64,000 bases of DNA from Octopus sinensis. Lineage: Eukaryota. A model generated the notes under the pieces. That model did no database searches. It was given only the letters and a program-made list of their open reading frames with translations, and had not been told where the DNA came from. Positions 1 through 13,480 of the stretch are shown in pieces. Each line of letters begins with the position of its first letter. Positions within the stretch are counted from its first letter, which is position 1. The DNA is taken from assembly GCF_006345805.1 (NCBI RefSeq), contig NC_042997.1:122016001-122080000 (forward strand), given 5' to 3'. A program made the position numbers and the translations under genes.

Positions 1-296
1 CTGCGTGGCATCTTGGGCAAGTGTCTTCTACTATAGCCTCGGGCCAACCAAAGCCTTAGGAGTGGATTTTGATAGACGGAAACGGAAAGAACCGCGTCGT
101 ATATATATGTATATATATATATATATGTATGTGAGTGTGTATATATTTGTGTGTCTCTGATTGACCCACAACATCGCTTGACAACCGATCCTGGTGTGTT
201 TACGTCCTCGTAACTTAGCGGTTCGGCAAAAGAAACCGATAGAATAAGTACTAGGCTTACAAAGAATAAGTTACTGAAACAAGTAAAAGAGTAAAA
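1..296 (+). mobile_element. SINE family A copy, 5' end cut by the window edge
   Basis: Matches 9928-10286 and 34231-34610 (cttgggcaagtgtcttctactatagcctc ... gtaacttagcggttcggcaaaag ... gtaaaagagtaaaa), with an internal (TA)/(TG) tract. Confidence 0.85.
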
Positions 297-899
297 ACCA
301 GTAATTGTGTTTATGGATTCTGGTTTCTTGTAGTAAAATAAGTGGCAACATGGTAGAAAGCTTACGAAACCTGAAAAGACTACAAGGAATTGAGAATAAG
401 TTTTTCAGTTATAGATTCGAATATGTTTAGAGCAGAAAACACAGAAATACTATTTGGTTTTTACCCCGATTCCCAGGAAGCATAAAACTGGTTATCCAGG
501 TTCTATGGTGTGGAAATGACCGAGATCACAAAGCCTCCTCTTTGAAGGAAGTCGGGCCGCTGCAGCATTCAACGCCAGTCACTTTGAGGAGAGTGGCTAA
601 GTCGATTGTATGGACTCTAAAATTTGATTGATATTTTTATTTTATCGGTCCTAATGGAAAGAACAGCAACGTTAACCTGTGTTGCATTTGAACTCACAAC
701 TGAAAGATCCGGACGAAACGTTGTTAAGGATTTTGGACAAAGTGCCAACGATTCTGTCCGCTCGCCACTTTGCAATGGATTTTACATACAATTAAATGCT
801 TTGACTGTTTAAACTTAGAGTAATAATAGATCCCCAGATAAAACTTCAATGAGTTCTATTCACGATACATATGAATTAAATTATGTAAAAGTCATATCT

Positions 900-1077
900 G
901 GATTATCTATATAAAAGATATCTATCGGTAGAATGTCAATAAATGCGGTAATAACTGCAACAAGTTTCCCGCAGATCAACTGACGCCATAAAGATTTCAG
1001 TAGATATAGAGGTATATAATAGTTTCAAACGTGTATTATATTTATTAAACAATTGCTTACTATGTCTCTGTATGCCT
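900..1077 (+). repeat. Old dispersed repeat, copy 1 (related to 3163-3410)
   Basis: Shared blocks ggattatctaWataaaagatatct..gaatgtcaataaat and tattaaaca..ctatgtctYtgtat. Confidence 0.5.
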
Positions 1078-1564
1078 TCCCTAAGAATATTTTGTTTCTT
1101 GCATCAACATATTGATCATCTCTCTGCAAAATATCACTTGAATCAACGTATTGATCATCTCTCAGCGATCAACAAATAGAGGCTTGTAATGGAATCTATT
1201 CTATAGAATAACGGTAACTGATAACAAGTGTGAACGATATGTCAGTGGTTGTCTTTTATAACAAATACAGAAGTAGATGTCTCGATATATCTGATATGAG
1301 AGACATTTAAAGCACATTTAAACTTGGATGAAGACTTAATTCTTCGGCAGATTTAACTACACACATCGTAGCTGTCAATAACACAGTACTTTATTGTATG
1401 CATTTGAAACTGGTTTCTGAGCTGAAGATAACTTTCTTTGACCAATCAGAGAAGTCATGAAAAAGGTTATTAGTATTGCTCCTCCTCCTCCTTTTAAGCA
1501 ATTAAAACAAACAAAAAACAACAAAAGTTCTTAGTTACTAGCAGATACAACCTTCTTGACAATT

Positions 1565-1762
1565 CAAACATGAACAAAGAGAAAACACAACAACGCGAGG
1601 ACGTGGAACAAGTATAGTGTTATTGAACGCTCAGGAAAGGAAAGAAAGAAGGAGGATTCAACGTTTCGAGCGGAGCTCTTCGCCAGAAACACAGAAAAGG
1701 AAAAGGTACGAGGAAGAGAAGACGGAGAAAGAAGATCGCCTACGATACACACGCGGTCACAT
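1565..1762 (-). mobile_element. Short HHR-bearing element, family P2 (Penelope/retrozyme-like)
   Basis: Homologous to 57201-57399. The minus strand at 1656-1690 reads ttt-CTGGCGA-A-GAGC-tcc-GCTC-GAAAC-GTT, a hammerhead core with A6>G. Confidence 0.7.
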
Positions 1763-1943
1763 ATTTACCTTCGAAACACGCAATGAGTCGAAACAGGGGC
1801 AGCTGAAGAAGGGGAATGTTCCCTTGTCTTGTACTTTGTTTTTTCGTTGTTAAAAAAAGTCCGTTTCCTAGTTTTGTTTCTATGTTTTTGTTTCTCGTTG
1901 CGTTCCACGTTTATTTGTGGTGTCCTGTACTCATATATGCATG
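1763..1943 (+). mobile_element. Short dispersed element, family P5
   Basis: Homologous to 41761-41946 (-) and 54413-54553 (-): ctgaWgaagggg ... gtcctgtacYcata, followed by a TA-rich tract. Confidence 0.65.
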
Positions 1944-3162
1944 TATATATACATATAGATGTAGGTATGTACATATATGTATATATGCATATGTTTTATT
2001 TATTAGATTGTTATTATATATAAATATATATATATATATAATCACCTCTCATTGCGAAATGTAAATAATTCTCACATAGGATGTGTAATGAATGACTAAA
2101 CACCTGAGTTTAAAATGATCCCCAACAAAATAGTTACCCGAAAATAGAGACATGATTTATAAATGACATCAAATTTACATGGTTTTGTTTCCATTTGAAT
2201 GCCTTTTTTCTTTATGCCACATGTATTTTCTCCTCCATGAAACATATGCACCTTTGCATGTAACATAGTTAATCCTTGCTATGTTAATCACTGGAGTTCT
2301 ACAATAGTGCGTTCAATTTATAATTATATCATTTATATAATATATTAAATCGTTAATTATAATAAAATATAATCTGTTGAGTCTGGTGAGAGTCATTTTC
2401 TTTTCGTGCCTTATAATTTAACAAACATATAATCGAGATTTTCTTAATTACTGAGAGGAACACAATATCTAGTTTTGCAAGCATAACATATTACCAAATA
2501 GTATTAAAGGTCTGTAAGCCAATACTGTCTCCTACTATTGTGTTAGCAGTGCGTTGTATGCACATATACTCATTGCCTATTTTCCTATCTTCGATCGCGT
2601 TCTTTACATAGACGTATTCGTATACGAAGCGTCGTAACTCTCAGTGCTGGCTCTAATTTCTATAGATTTTCTGTAGAGTTAAACTTAAAAATCTAGTTCC
2701 TGTATATCACGTATATTGTGACAAATAATTGCGAAATGTTAATAAATTACGGATTTAAGATTCTGTGCATTTGATTGCTGCACCCATAGAATCAGGAAAT
2801 ACAAGGGTCTTTTGAGCTATCTCATATTGAATGTAGTTTCACGAAAATTTCTTATTGTTATGTGACAAATAGGCAGAAGTTGCAAGTGAAAGAGGTTGTG
2901 TGCTATAATGCTTGGAAAACTGCAGGCGAATTATTTATTATACATGTCTTTTGACGGATCGCAGCTAAGAGATCCGAAGAAATTACATCTGACTTTCCTA
3001 AAATCACAATTCTTAAAATGTTCTCTATTTAATTATAAATATATAACGCTGTCACGTAGAGAAAAAGCCTCAAACAAGCTTCATATAAAGTCGGAAGAAC
3101 GCTGACATGTTTCTATTAATAATTCAATATACATGATATACATTCTTGCAATACTTGATGCA

Positions 3163-3410
3163 GGATTATCTAAATAAAAGATATCTTTCTACCGAATGTC
3201 AATAAATTCAGCAACAACTACAAAATACTTTCTCTCAGGTCGTTTGAGTGAGTAATGGTTCTGACTCGGGATCATGTTACATTTTGCTTTTAAGGAAACG
3301 TATCAAATATATGAATAATTCTACAATGCTCCGATATACTCAGGGGTACACAATGTTGTCAAAGTTGTGCTATATATATTAAACATTGTCCACCTATGTC
3401 TTTGTATACA
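3163..3410 (+). repeat. Old dispersed repeat, copy 2 (related to 900-1077)
   Basis: Same shared blocks as 900-1077. Confidence 0.5.
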
Positions 3411-3975
3411 TTTGTTATGGGGATTTTGTTTCTCAATATGTCGCTGAAAAGAGAAAAATAATCTAAGACCCCCGACAACTAAATACTACAAAATATAAGC
3501 GGTTAACATGATGTAAAATGTTTTCGCTATAATCACCCGGGTACAGCGTTCTTATAATGAAAATCGTCATAAATGTAGTTCTGTGCCAATAACATAATTG
3601 AACATACAAAGTATAGTAAATGATATCTAATACCCGGACATTGCTTTTGATAGAAAACAAGAACGGTCTTTATTTAAATACATATTAGAGCAAATAAATG
3701 AGTGCATATATGTGTAATTCATTTGTATGATAAATAAATTGTATTACTTCATGCACATATTGCATCAAGATATACGAAATCAGATTAGATATTGAGTTAA
3801 TTCAGTTGTGTAAAAGAAAGGAAAATATATAAAATTCCCTAACACTACACACACACGAACATATATGTACACACAAAATACATATGTACATATACACATA
3901 TTTACAAACATATGCTTGAATATACACGCACATGCATTTACATATACATATTCACATACCTACTTACATGCATAT

Positions 3976-4046
<71 letters not shown>

Positions 4047-4623
4047 TCATTCTCTCTCTCTGTATATGTATATAATCTTACATAGGTATATATTACACCC
4101 ACATCTCTCTCGGTGTGCCTATGTGTGTAGAGAAATTAAGTATTATATTTCATAGGACTATCGACTATTCTACTGATAGGTCAGAAAAGGAGTATATGTA
4201 CATTTACATGTTTGACTAAGCTCCTTGTTAAACATCATGTACTATCGATAGTTTTCCTTACATGCTGCTTCCTTGCCAAGTACATAAAAACTTTCGATCT
4301 ATAATACATCAATATTTGTCCTTTAACCAATGTAACACTTACAGTATGATTAATATTTGGGGGGATCGAACCATATTGTGTTTCATATATATGTGTGAGT
4401 GTGTGTGTGTGTGAGTGTATTCAGAGAGGCTGAAATAGAGAGAAAGAGAGAACGACATACAATAATTACACAACGTCGATGCTGTGTTATTTGTATGAAC
4501 ATAACACTCTCTAAACGTTACATTCGACCTGTTAGTTCGGATTTAAGCAACATAAATATATACTACCGTGTAAATTTAGATCTATCTCACCTTTCAGAAA
4601 TCTATTAATCTCGCAATTCACAT

Positions 4624-4660
<37 letters not shown>

Positions 4661-5480
4661 CATTGCACAGTTGTGCTCCATATCTCATATTTACAATTTC
4701 GTCTCACGAATGGGATTACTCTGTGTTTAGAGTCGTTGTCATTACACCAACAGGCATAGTATGCTACCGCAGTTATGTATTGATCGAAAGCTTATTCCGT
4801 AATTCTTACCATAGATTTATTAGTTCAATCTGTCGGTTGAACTCTGGAAGCCAACATCTGTGATCTTATAATGGACAGAACAGCAGAAATAAAATGTTCG
4901 TCATCATCTTACACGTGGGGATTCATTAGGAAGAGGTCCCATCAACTACGCATAAATATAACATAATGTTGCTTGACATTCACAAATAAAATATGGGTTT
5001 ATGAATACATAACATCTGCTTGAATACTCGATAAGGAACTGAATGAAAGCTGATGAATGTATTTCGTGCGCTATAAAGAGACGAAATATTTAATACGAAT
5101 TTAATGTTACACCAACGAGTTGGTAGAAATGTGGCATCACTTGACGGAGTGGTTTATGTTATTTAGCCTGATGTTTCCATTTTGGGTTTTCATTTATCTA
5201 AGACCGCTAGTAGATCCTCAATGTGTGTATAATTAATTAAATGCGTACCATTAATATGCTGAATTCATTTCAGACTACATTTCACTTTTGTCTAACTATA
5301 AATCTTATTCAATCATCATATATATTCATGCTACCACATTTATAGCTATATCAGTGATATTTAATAAGTTATATGATTGTGTTCGAAATTGGCTATAAAA
5401 ACCAAATTTATTTGTATCATTTTAACACATATTTTGACTGCGTATATATATATATATATCAGATCAGTTTTAAAATGTCG

Positions 5481-5680
5481 ACATTTTAAAACTGATGTAA
5501 TACTTACAATGTTTAATAAAATGAAGTAGCATGAAACGATTGTACTACACTACCTTGGAATCCTTGTTGCTTATTCTGATTATAATCACCCCATTTGATT
5601 TATATGGATAATACCATACCAAATTCTGGTGCCTTTAACTTAAGTACCATATTCATCTGAATCTAAATTTTGATGAACTT
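5481..5680 (+). mobile_element. Short dispersed element, family P7
   Basis: Both halves recur at 51391-51500 (-) and 51642-51737 (+); ends in (TA)n. Confidence 0.7.
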
Positions 5681-7533
5681 ATATATATATATATACTCAC
5701 TAAGTTCACCATAATATATTAGCTGATATATATTTTCGCACATAGGCAGATATGATCGTGAGTATGATATTATGACAACTGAAAGTATGTATGTAGTGGA
5801 ACATACGTGAAAATCTGCCAAGTTAAGCACTCAATTTACTGAAAATTTACTGGTAAAAAAAGTAAATTTTGTTGTATTTTAAATTAATTCCAGATGAGTG
5901 ATTTACCATATCTCAACAATAAATCGACCAGATTAAAGTACGTTACTTGGTCTTCTATTATCTTTCCCATTATGATTTGACCTCATGCTACGGAATAAAT
6001 GCAGCAGATGTATTTTCGCTTCCAGTACAATGATCTGTTCATTCGGTCAATCCTAATATATCTGATATCGCTAACACAATATGAAACACGAGTTAATAAT
6101 GTAAAATAACCATCAACCAAATAAAAGTATAACTAATCATATTTATTCCTCTAATGGACAGTGAATCGAAGAATATTTGAAATTCCAACTGAAGAGATTG
6201 AAACGGAGGATGTCTTATTTCCGCCAATATTCATACTCTTTATATAATCTTCATCTGAATATTTCTCCTCCAGTCGTTTGTTTTTCAATGAACGTCTGAT
6301 ACTCTTTGAACATTACTAATGCCGGATATGAAGTCAGGTGTTGAGTGGTTCACATTTCGACCTATCATGTTTCTGATATAAAGTAAGAAGTTCCTATTTT
6401 GCCAGGTAATTGATAAAATTGTGTTAAATTAAATTTTCTAAAGCCATTGAGAATTTTGTAATTCAAAGGAAAGCAAGTGATTAAAATACTGGAACTTTTT
6501 GCATTTTACTATTTCACTTTCTATCAATCTTACAATCTCTAAAACAATATTCGATAGAGTTTTAGTGTTTTTCTTCGTGTGAGCTTAAGGAATTTCAATT
6601 AATGATCTGATGTGGAAATACTTGGGAAGCAATAAATAATAAGTGAAGTAAATTATATGAATAAATACACGTTAAAATCTACACGGATTGATTTTAGCGA
6701 TAGTAAATTTACTGTAGGAAATAAACTTCTTCAATACTTTCACACCTGACAAATGCTTGTGCTATAGATTTCACTGTGTCATATGTTGACTTTTTTAGAG
6801 AGGGAGATAACAAGCTTAAGCATTTTCTCGATAATTAAAATCAGATTAAAATAAACATTTATCATTCATTCACTGTTCATTCGTTCTAAATTACACTGTC
6901 ATAATGAGGATATTTAACCACATCAAATCTGATTTGCAAATATTTCAGTTTTTCTCAAGGCTGCACCAGTTTATAACATCTAAAATTATCTGAGATGAAA
7001 TGTTTCTAACCAATTTAACTTTAATGAATTGCCGTTACACCAAAGGAATTTTACAGCATTTTTTTTTCATTCTATTATTCACTCTGAATGGGAGATGTGA
7101 GTCTTCCAATAATGTATAGATTGTGATAAAGTGAGATTAAAAAGACAAATTAACTGTTTTGATCAGGAGAAAAATTTATGATTGAAGGATTCGATATCTT
7201 TGTAACCGCGAGTTGAAACGATCCACAAAGTTATATAATACAGCTTCAAGAACATCAGACAATTTCTTTGGTAAAATTTCAGCTAAAATAACTATAACTG
7301 TTGAATTAGTTCAAAAGATTATGGCATGCACTCAGAAAATACCGTTTTGCCTTCCATAATTTTCTGTTCGATAAGAAAAGTACCAAGCCAAGAAGATGGA
7401 TTAGCAGAAGATTAAAACTTCCACCTGCTCTGCTATGAGTTGCTTTTAAATATAAATTAACCATTATGGTATCTTAGTAAGCTGGCCACTGATAAATCAT
7501 TAAATAATGACTTTATCCTAAATACGTATAGAC

Positions 7534-7565
<32 letters not shown>

Positions 7566-7566
7566 C

Positions 7567-7897
7567 AGGGCGCATGACTCAGTGGTTAGAGCATCGAGCT
7601 TAGGACCGTGAGATTGTGAGTTTGAATCCCGAACCGGGCTGCGTATTGTGTTCTTGATTAAGACACTTTATTTCACGTTGCCCCAGTTCACTCAACTGTA
7701 GAAATGAGTTGCGACGACACTGGTGCCAAGCTGTATCGGCCTTTGCCTTTCCCTTCGATAACACTGGTGGCGTGGAGAGGGGAGGCCGGTATGCATGGGC
7801 GACTGCTGGCTTTCCACAAACAACCTTGCCTGGACTTCTGCCTCGGAGGGTAACTTTATAGGTGCAATCCCAAGGTCATTCGTGACTGAAGGTCTCC
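7567..7897 (+). mobile_element. tRNA-derived SINE (family E) with a CORE-like central domain
   Basis: A-box-like tgactcagtggttag, B-box-like gagtttgaatccc, then ttgtgttcttgattaagacactttatttcacgttgccccagttcactcaactgtagaaatgag, resembling the CORE domain. Confidence 0.7.
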
Positions 7898-8130
7898 ACA
7901 CACATACCGACACACGCTTATAAATATATATGTATGTATATATAATTGTTAAATACGTTATTATTATTAATATATTTGTCTTGCCTTAATGTCTGTTGCC
8001 CGGTATATCAGAAATCTACCATGGTTCCATAACTGCCGTTTCGGTTATAACCTTGGAACCCTGGTAATTCGTTACAGCATCTATCTACCGTACCTAGTCG
8101 TTTAGATCACCTGTGAACTAAACCCCCCAT

Positions 8131-8174
<44 letters not shown>

Positions 8175-8679
8175 ATGTGTGTGAGTGTGTGTGAGTGTAT
8201 GTGTGCGTGAGTGGAATGAGAGGCGAGCACAAATAGTTATGAACAATCGTATTTAGAACGCTATAGACAGATATCGCTATGCATGAGGTATTACATTGTT
8301 CACAATTTCATACAATAACATGCTTTGCTGCGCATGGAAATGTGCTTCATTATCAAATACATATATATATATATATTTAATAAGGTACCCAAGGGAGGAA
8401 AAGTAATGCTTACTCCATTGTGGTTACAGCAGATTGAAAAATATTAATTAGCAAGCATACATGGATAGCGTGTTTGTGAAATAGAGATATTTATAACTTC
8501 GCTGTACAAAGACCCAGTTATGAAACCTACAAGCTATGTAGGAAACATAAAATGAAGAACAGCTCTAGTAGATATATCTGGTCAAGACGAGAAATCATCG
8601 GTATGTCATTCGTTCTTCAGAGACAGAGTGAGAGAGAGATAGAGAGAGAGAGAGAGAATGAAAGTAAGAGAGAGTGTGT

Positions 8680-8712
<33 letters not shown>

Positions 8713-9322
8713 AAGAGAGTGGAAGTAAAAGAGAGAAAGCGAGAGAGTGAAAAAGGGAGAGATAGAGGGAGAGAATGTGATGGGTGAAAGGAACATTGAA
8801 ATACAATTATACAGTATATGACAAAATTTTGTTAATTAAGATTTGTCTTCATCGAAGGTATTGTTATGCAAATTACTAAAATAATGTCTGATATACATCG
8901 CATATATTAAGTACCTCATAGGTAATTGCAAGATTGTGTGTCTCTCTTGAGAACAAACGAAGTAAACAGTCCGTCTGAATGTCTAACAGTTAATGAAGAT
9001 AATTATCTAGATATTAATCTTGTGTGAATTTATTTAGGTTTTCACACGTATATACACATACTCTTATGCATTACACACATACACACATTATTTTTTGATT
9101 TTAATGTAAAGTTATATACAAAAACGGTTGAGTATTGAATTGTAGGACAAAACAGATTTATTACTGTAAATAATTTTCTTATATAAATGTTAGAGAAATG
9201 TTGAAAATGACTTTAAAGTTTCGGTTTCCTAGTTATCATGAGACATTCTCATGATGGCTAATAAGCTAAAACTTTTGGAAATAGTTACGAAAGAAAAATG
9301 GTACGGTTTGTGACAAAGCGTT

Positions 9323-9580
9323 GAGGCGCGTGGCTTAGTGGTTAGGATGCCAGCATCATGATCGTAAGATTGTGGTTTCGATTCCTGGACCGGGTGACGC
9401 GTTGTGTTCTTGAGCAAAACACTTCATTCACGTTGCTCCAGTCCACTCAGCTGGCAAAAATGAGTGACGCTGCGATGGACTGGCGTCCCGTCCAGCTGGG
9501 GAACACATACGCCATAGAAACCGGGAAACCGGGCCCAAAACCTGGCTAGGCTTTAAAAGGGCGCATTTATTTATTTTATT
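9323..9580 (+). mobile_element. tRNA-derived SINE (family D) with a CORE-like domain
   Basis: tggcttagtggttagg (A box), ggtttcgattcc (B box), CORE-like gttgtgttcttgagcaaaacact..., (TTTA)-type tail. Confidence 0.75.
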
Positions 9581-9927
9581 TGTGACACAGCCACACATCA
9601 CCCAAACTTACACTTTTGAAAATCCTATCTATGTAAATGTGGCTAAGTGTTTTACGATTAATAAATCTTAAATATTATGAGTGCATTTTCAACTTCGTTT
9701 ATTATTTTCATACAACTACGTGCATGGATTAATAACTCTACCTACCTACCTACCCACCCATCCATCCATCCATCAATATACATTGCGTTTCAAATTAATT
9801 ACGACACAGCGTGTGTGTATATGTGCGTGTGGGTGTATCCTTACTTTTAAATGTATAATCTAGGAATTAAATACAAAATGCAAGTAAATAAAGCAATGTA
9901 TATGTATATACATGTGCATATATAGAC

Positions 9928-10085
9928 GCAGGAGTGGCTGTGTAGTAAGTAGCTTGCTTACTAACAACATGGTTCCGGTTCAGTCCCAATGCGTGGCACC
10001 TTGGGCAAGTGTCTTCTACTATAGCCTCGAGCCGACCAAAGCCTTGTGGGTGGATTTGGTAGTCGGAAACTGAAAGAAGCCCGTC

Positions 10086-10129
<44 letters not shown>

Positions 10130-10286
10130 GCGACGTCCCCGTAATCTAGCGGTTCGGCAAACGAGACCGATAGAATATGTACTAGGCTTACAAAGAATAT
10201 GTCCTGGGGTCGATTTCCTCGACTAAAAGCGGTGCTCCAGCATGGCCTCAGTCAAATATATGAAGAAAGTAAAAGAGTAAAAGAGT
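9928..10286 (+). mobile_element. SINE family A copy
   Basis: Head gcaggagtggctgtgtagtaag...ggttcagtcccaa, internal (TA)n, tail ggtgctccagcatggcctcagtc...(taaaagag)2. Confidence 0.85.
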
Positions 10287-10672
10287 ATACATAAGCGTAC
10301 ATACTACCGCAATATATATTTGATTGTCTGAAACTATTCATATTAAATTGATGTTTCACAATTACGAAGAAAAGTAATTTTTTAAAATCTTCATATTGGG
10401 TACAAGTGTTTCCGTGCTGTCTTTAATCACGCCAAAAATGTTTATCTTAATTAAATTTAATGAAATTATTTACAAAATGAGGTGAAAATAAATAAGATTT
10501 GTCAATGATCACTGGAAAACGCCGGAAAACCAGGAAATTGATGTCTGTTTAAAATAAAGACAAGATTGTTATCTGTAACTGATGAATGTAATGTCCGGAT
10601 AAAAAACGCTTCTGGTTTCTTAAAATTATTTAGAATATTTTCATATATATTCAAGACTGGCAACTACATATT

Positions 10673-10754
<82 letters not shown>

Positions 10755-10889
10755 TGTATAGACAGACACATACACACACTAAAGCATTATGCATTAAAAA
10801 AATTATTCAAGTTTTCCAAGTGCATTCATACATACACACAAAAGTTATATAATGCAAACCTCTAATAGGACCTTTGTGATAAGAAAACC

Positions 10890-11527
10890 TGTAATAGAAC
10901 CTTTGTGATAAGAAAACCGGTGGTTATGCTGACTCTTTGGAAAGCCTTACTTCGGAGCAGATTAGATTACTATTCACAGCTTCGGTCTCCAAATTCATCT
11001 CATACAGACTGGTGGAGTTACAATGATAACAGTAAAATAACTTCGGTTAAAAGCCTTAATTACTGGGAATGTCTGAAGGCTCTGCGTCTCTACTCTCTTG
11101 AATATCGAGGAGAGAGATATTCTATCATATACGTTTGGAACATTCGGGAGGGACATGTTCCTACCTTCGGTAACAGACAGATTTCAATGCCGTCTGATTC
11201 TAAATATACCACTTTTGAAACCACGAGCAAAAGCATTCTACTGTACCAGTCTGATATCTAGAGGTCCTCAATTTTTCAAATGCATGCTAATGTAATAAGA
11301 AATATAAAAATATAAAAATGAATTCTACTGAAACCATGAAAATGAAAGTATTTGGTAAACTCCTAGTGATGGTACCAGACCAGCCAATAATTCAAGGATA
11401 CATTCAGTGAAAATCAGCTCCTAAACACTGAATCATAATGCGACAACAGAACCGAAAGAACATGAATTAAGGCAGAGTTTAAGCATGGCCGCAGTCCTAC
11501 CCCTAAAACCACAAGAATAAAAGAATA
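10890..11527 (+). mobile_element. 3' fragment of a CR1/L2-group LINE, decayed
   Basis: ORF 10905-11261 reads MLTLWKALLRSRLDYYSQL..SP and LNYWECLKALRLYSLEYRGERYSIIYVW, like the post-RT region of CR1/L2-type ORF2; ends in (aataaaag)-type repeats. Confidence 0.75.
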
Positions 11528-11540
11528 TAGTATATATATA

Positions 11541-11744
11541 GGGAGAATTCACTCCCCAAAAACCAACAAAAAACAAAGGACGAAGACAGGTGTAGACATC
11601 AAAGCGATGTATTAGTATAACGCTCGGGAAGTGAAAAGTCTTTAACGTTTCGAGCCTATGCTCTTTCACAGAAAGGAAAGAAACAAGGAGAGAGAATAAA
11701 GAGAGAAAGTAAAGAATATGTAGTGGCTAGCGAACTATCATGCC
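11541..11744 (-). mobile_element. Short HHR-bearing element, family P1 (degenerate core)
   Basis: Homologous to 33592-33770 and 41547-41733. Minus strand reads cttt-CTGTGAA-A-GAGC-atag-GCTC-GAAAC-GTT-aaag. Confidence 0.75.
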
Positions 11745-12552
11745 GAATATATATATATATATTTATACGTACGCATATTCATACATATGTATATAAAATA
11801 TACTTACAAGTATATAAAATATACTTGTAAATGAATGGGCACACTTTGCGTAAAATTCTTAATTTAGATTACATAAGCACCTAGAATAAAATAGACCGAC
11901 CGATTCATCAAAATTCGAACCAACTTCAAATGAATTTTTCAAAAGTGAAAGTGTCTGATTTTCTGAAGACAAGAGGACCACTGTGGGCATGTGTCTCAGC
12001 CGCAACCGATGTCATTAAAACTGCAGATCGAGACGTAGAGGCATTGACAGAAAGTGTGCAACATATTTACATCCTCATTAATAAAGTAAGATAAGAGAAA
12101 TAACTCTGTATGACCAGTGGTATGTAATGGAAAAACAACAACGCATAATCATATATGAGCATGTGTATGTGTTCGTGTATGTGTGCGTTTGTATGAGTGC
12201 GTAATTACGCGTAGGAATATGTGTAATGTAGAGATCACCCACAGTTATGTATAGAGAAAAAAGACACCGAATATACGTAGGTAGAACATGCAGTGAAGGC
12301 TGTTAACTTTACATAAAAGATTTTAGCTTATTCATAAATTATATGTACTATCAGCTACATTTACGTACAGACAAACTCGCGCGCGCGTACACAAACTTTT
12401 ATTTATGTATATGCAAACAACACTGCAGGCGAAGAAAACGTGAAAATACAGACATGCATATTAATTAGTGACAAACGGATATACAGCTGTATGAAGATAT
12501 TGATATTCGTATACATGAGAATGCGCACACAAACATACACACAGACACACAA

Positions 12553-12635
<83 letters not shown>

Positions 12636-12728
12636 ATATATATGTTCGTACAATAGTATTATGCATTTGTTCTCAAAAATATAAGCACTTTTCTTTACAC
12701 TTTGTATGTGTATACACGGCTAACGTAA

Positions 12729-12763
<35 letters not shown>

Positions 12764-13433
12764 TACATCTTATAGACATGTGGCATACACGGTATACACC
12801 TTTTATGCACAGTCATGTGTTACTCGAATATATTCATAAATAATTCTAAACACCTTATTCGTTGTGTCTATTGAATATACATATTCAAATTTTCTATATA
12901 AACAGATATTGAAAATTATTTCGGACGTGTTTATTCAATATATCTCCTGGCAAGGCAAATTATTTATAAGAAATTTTTTTTAAATTCACAAATTCTGTTA
13001 TTTCGCAGATTCTGCGGTTTCTCATTATACGCAAACATATTCAAAATTTGCGAGAACGCTTTGATTTACATTAAATACATAAGTACACAACAAGAATTTC
13101 TTTTATTGTAGTTTTGTAGGACTATATGCCATCATAACAAGGATTGTTTGTGGTATCGTAAAGAAACAAAGTATTACAAAAATATGTAATGACCAAAAGC
13201 CAAAATTTAATAGCCAATACTTGTAATTACGGTATTCTAAAAAAAAAAAGAAGCAAATTCACAAACAGTTATTGATGTGTTGATATGAATACATTAATGC
13301 AAATACAGTGGGGAATATAAAATATGTATTTATAAGGAGTTAGATGAAAACGGAACGACATTATTTTCATGAAAGTTTAAATTCTTCTACAATGGATAAC
13401 ATATTTGAATTTTAAGCAGTTTATAAATAATTT

Positions 13434-13480
<47 letters not shown>

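Noticed and set aside
1763-1943. Family P5 as a hammerhead (CTGAWGA conserved in all three copies, GAAAC upstream)
   Set aside because: No GAAA follows a closed stem II, and a type II arrangement fails because no stem I forms between the GUH and CUGA; kept only as a repeat family
5049-5085. CTGATGA followed by GAAA
   Set aside because: The GAAA lies inside a tatttcgt/acgaaata hairpin and there is no stem I or III
6000-7480. Microsatellite-free stretch that might be a decayed hAT transposase or GPCR on the minus strand
   Set aside because: Only isolated short peptides (NSRL, TCFPLNYK) in frames full of stops; no coherent motif series
8485-8605. Possible 39-codon exon with a GTATGT donor (similar case at 22683-22813)
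   Set aside because: Weak acceptors, no recognisable domain, and lengths expected by chance
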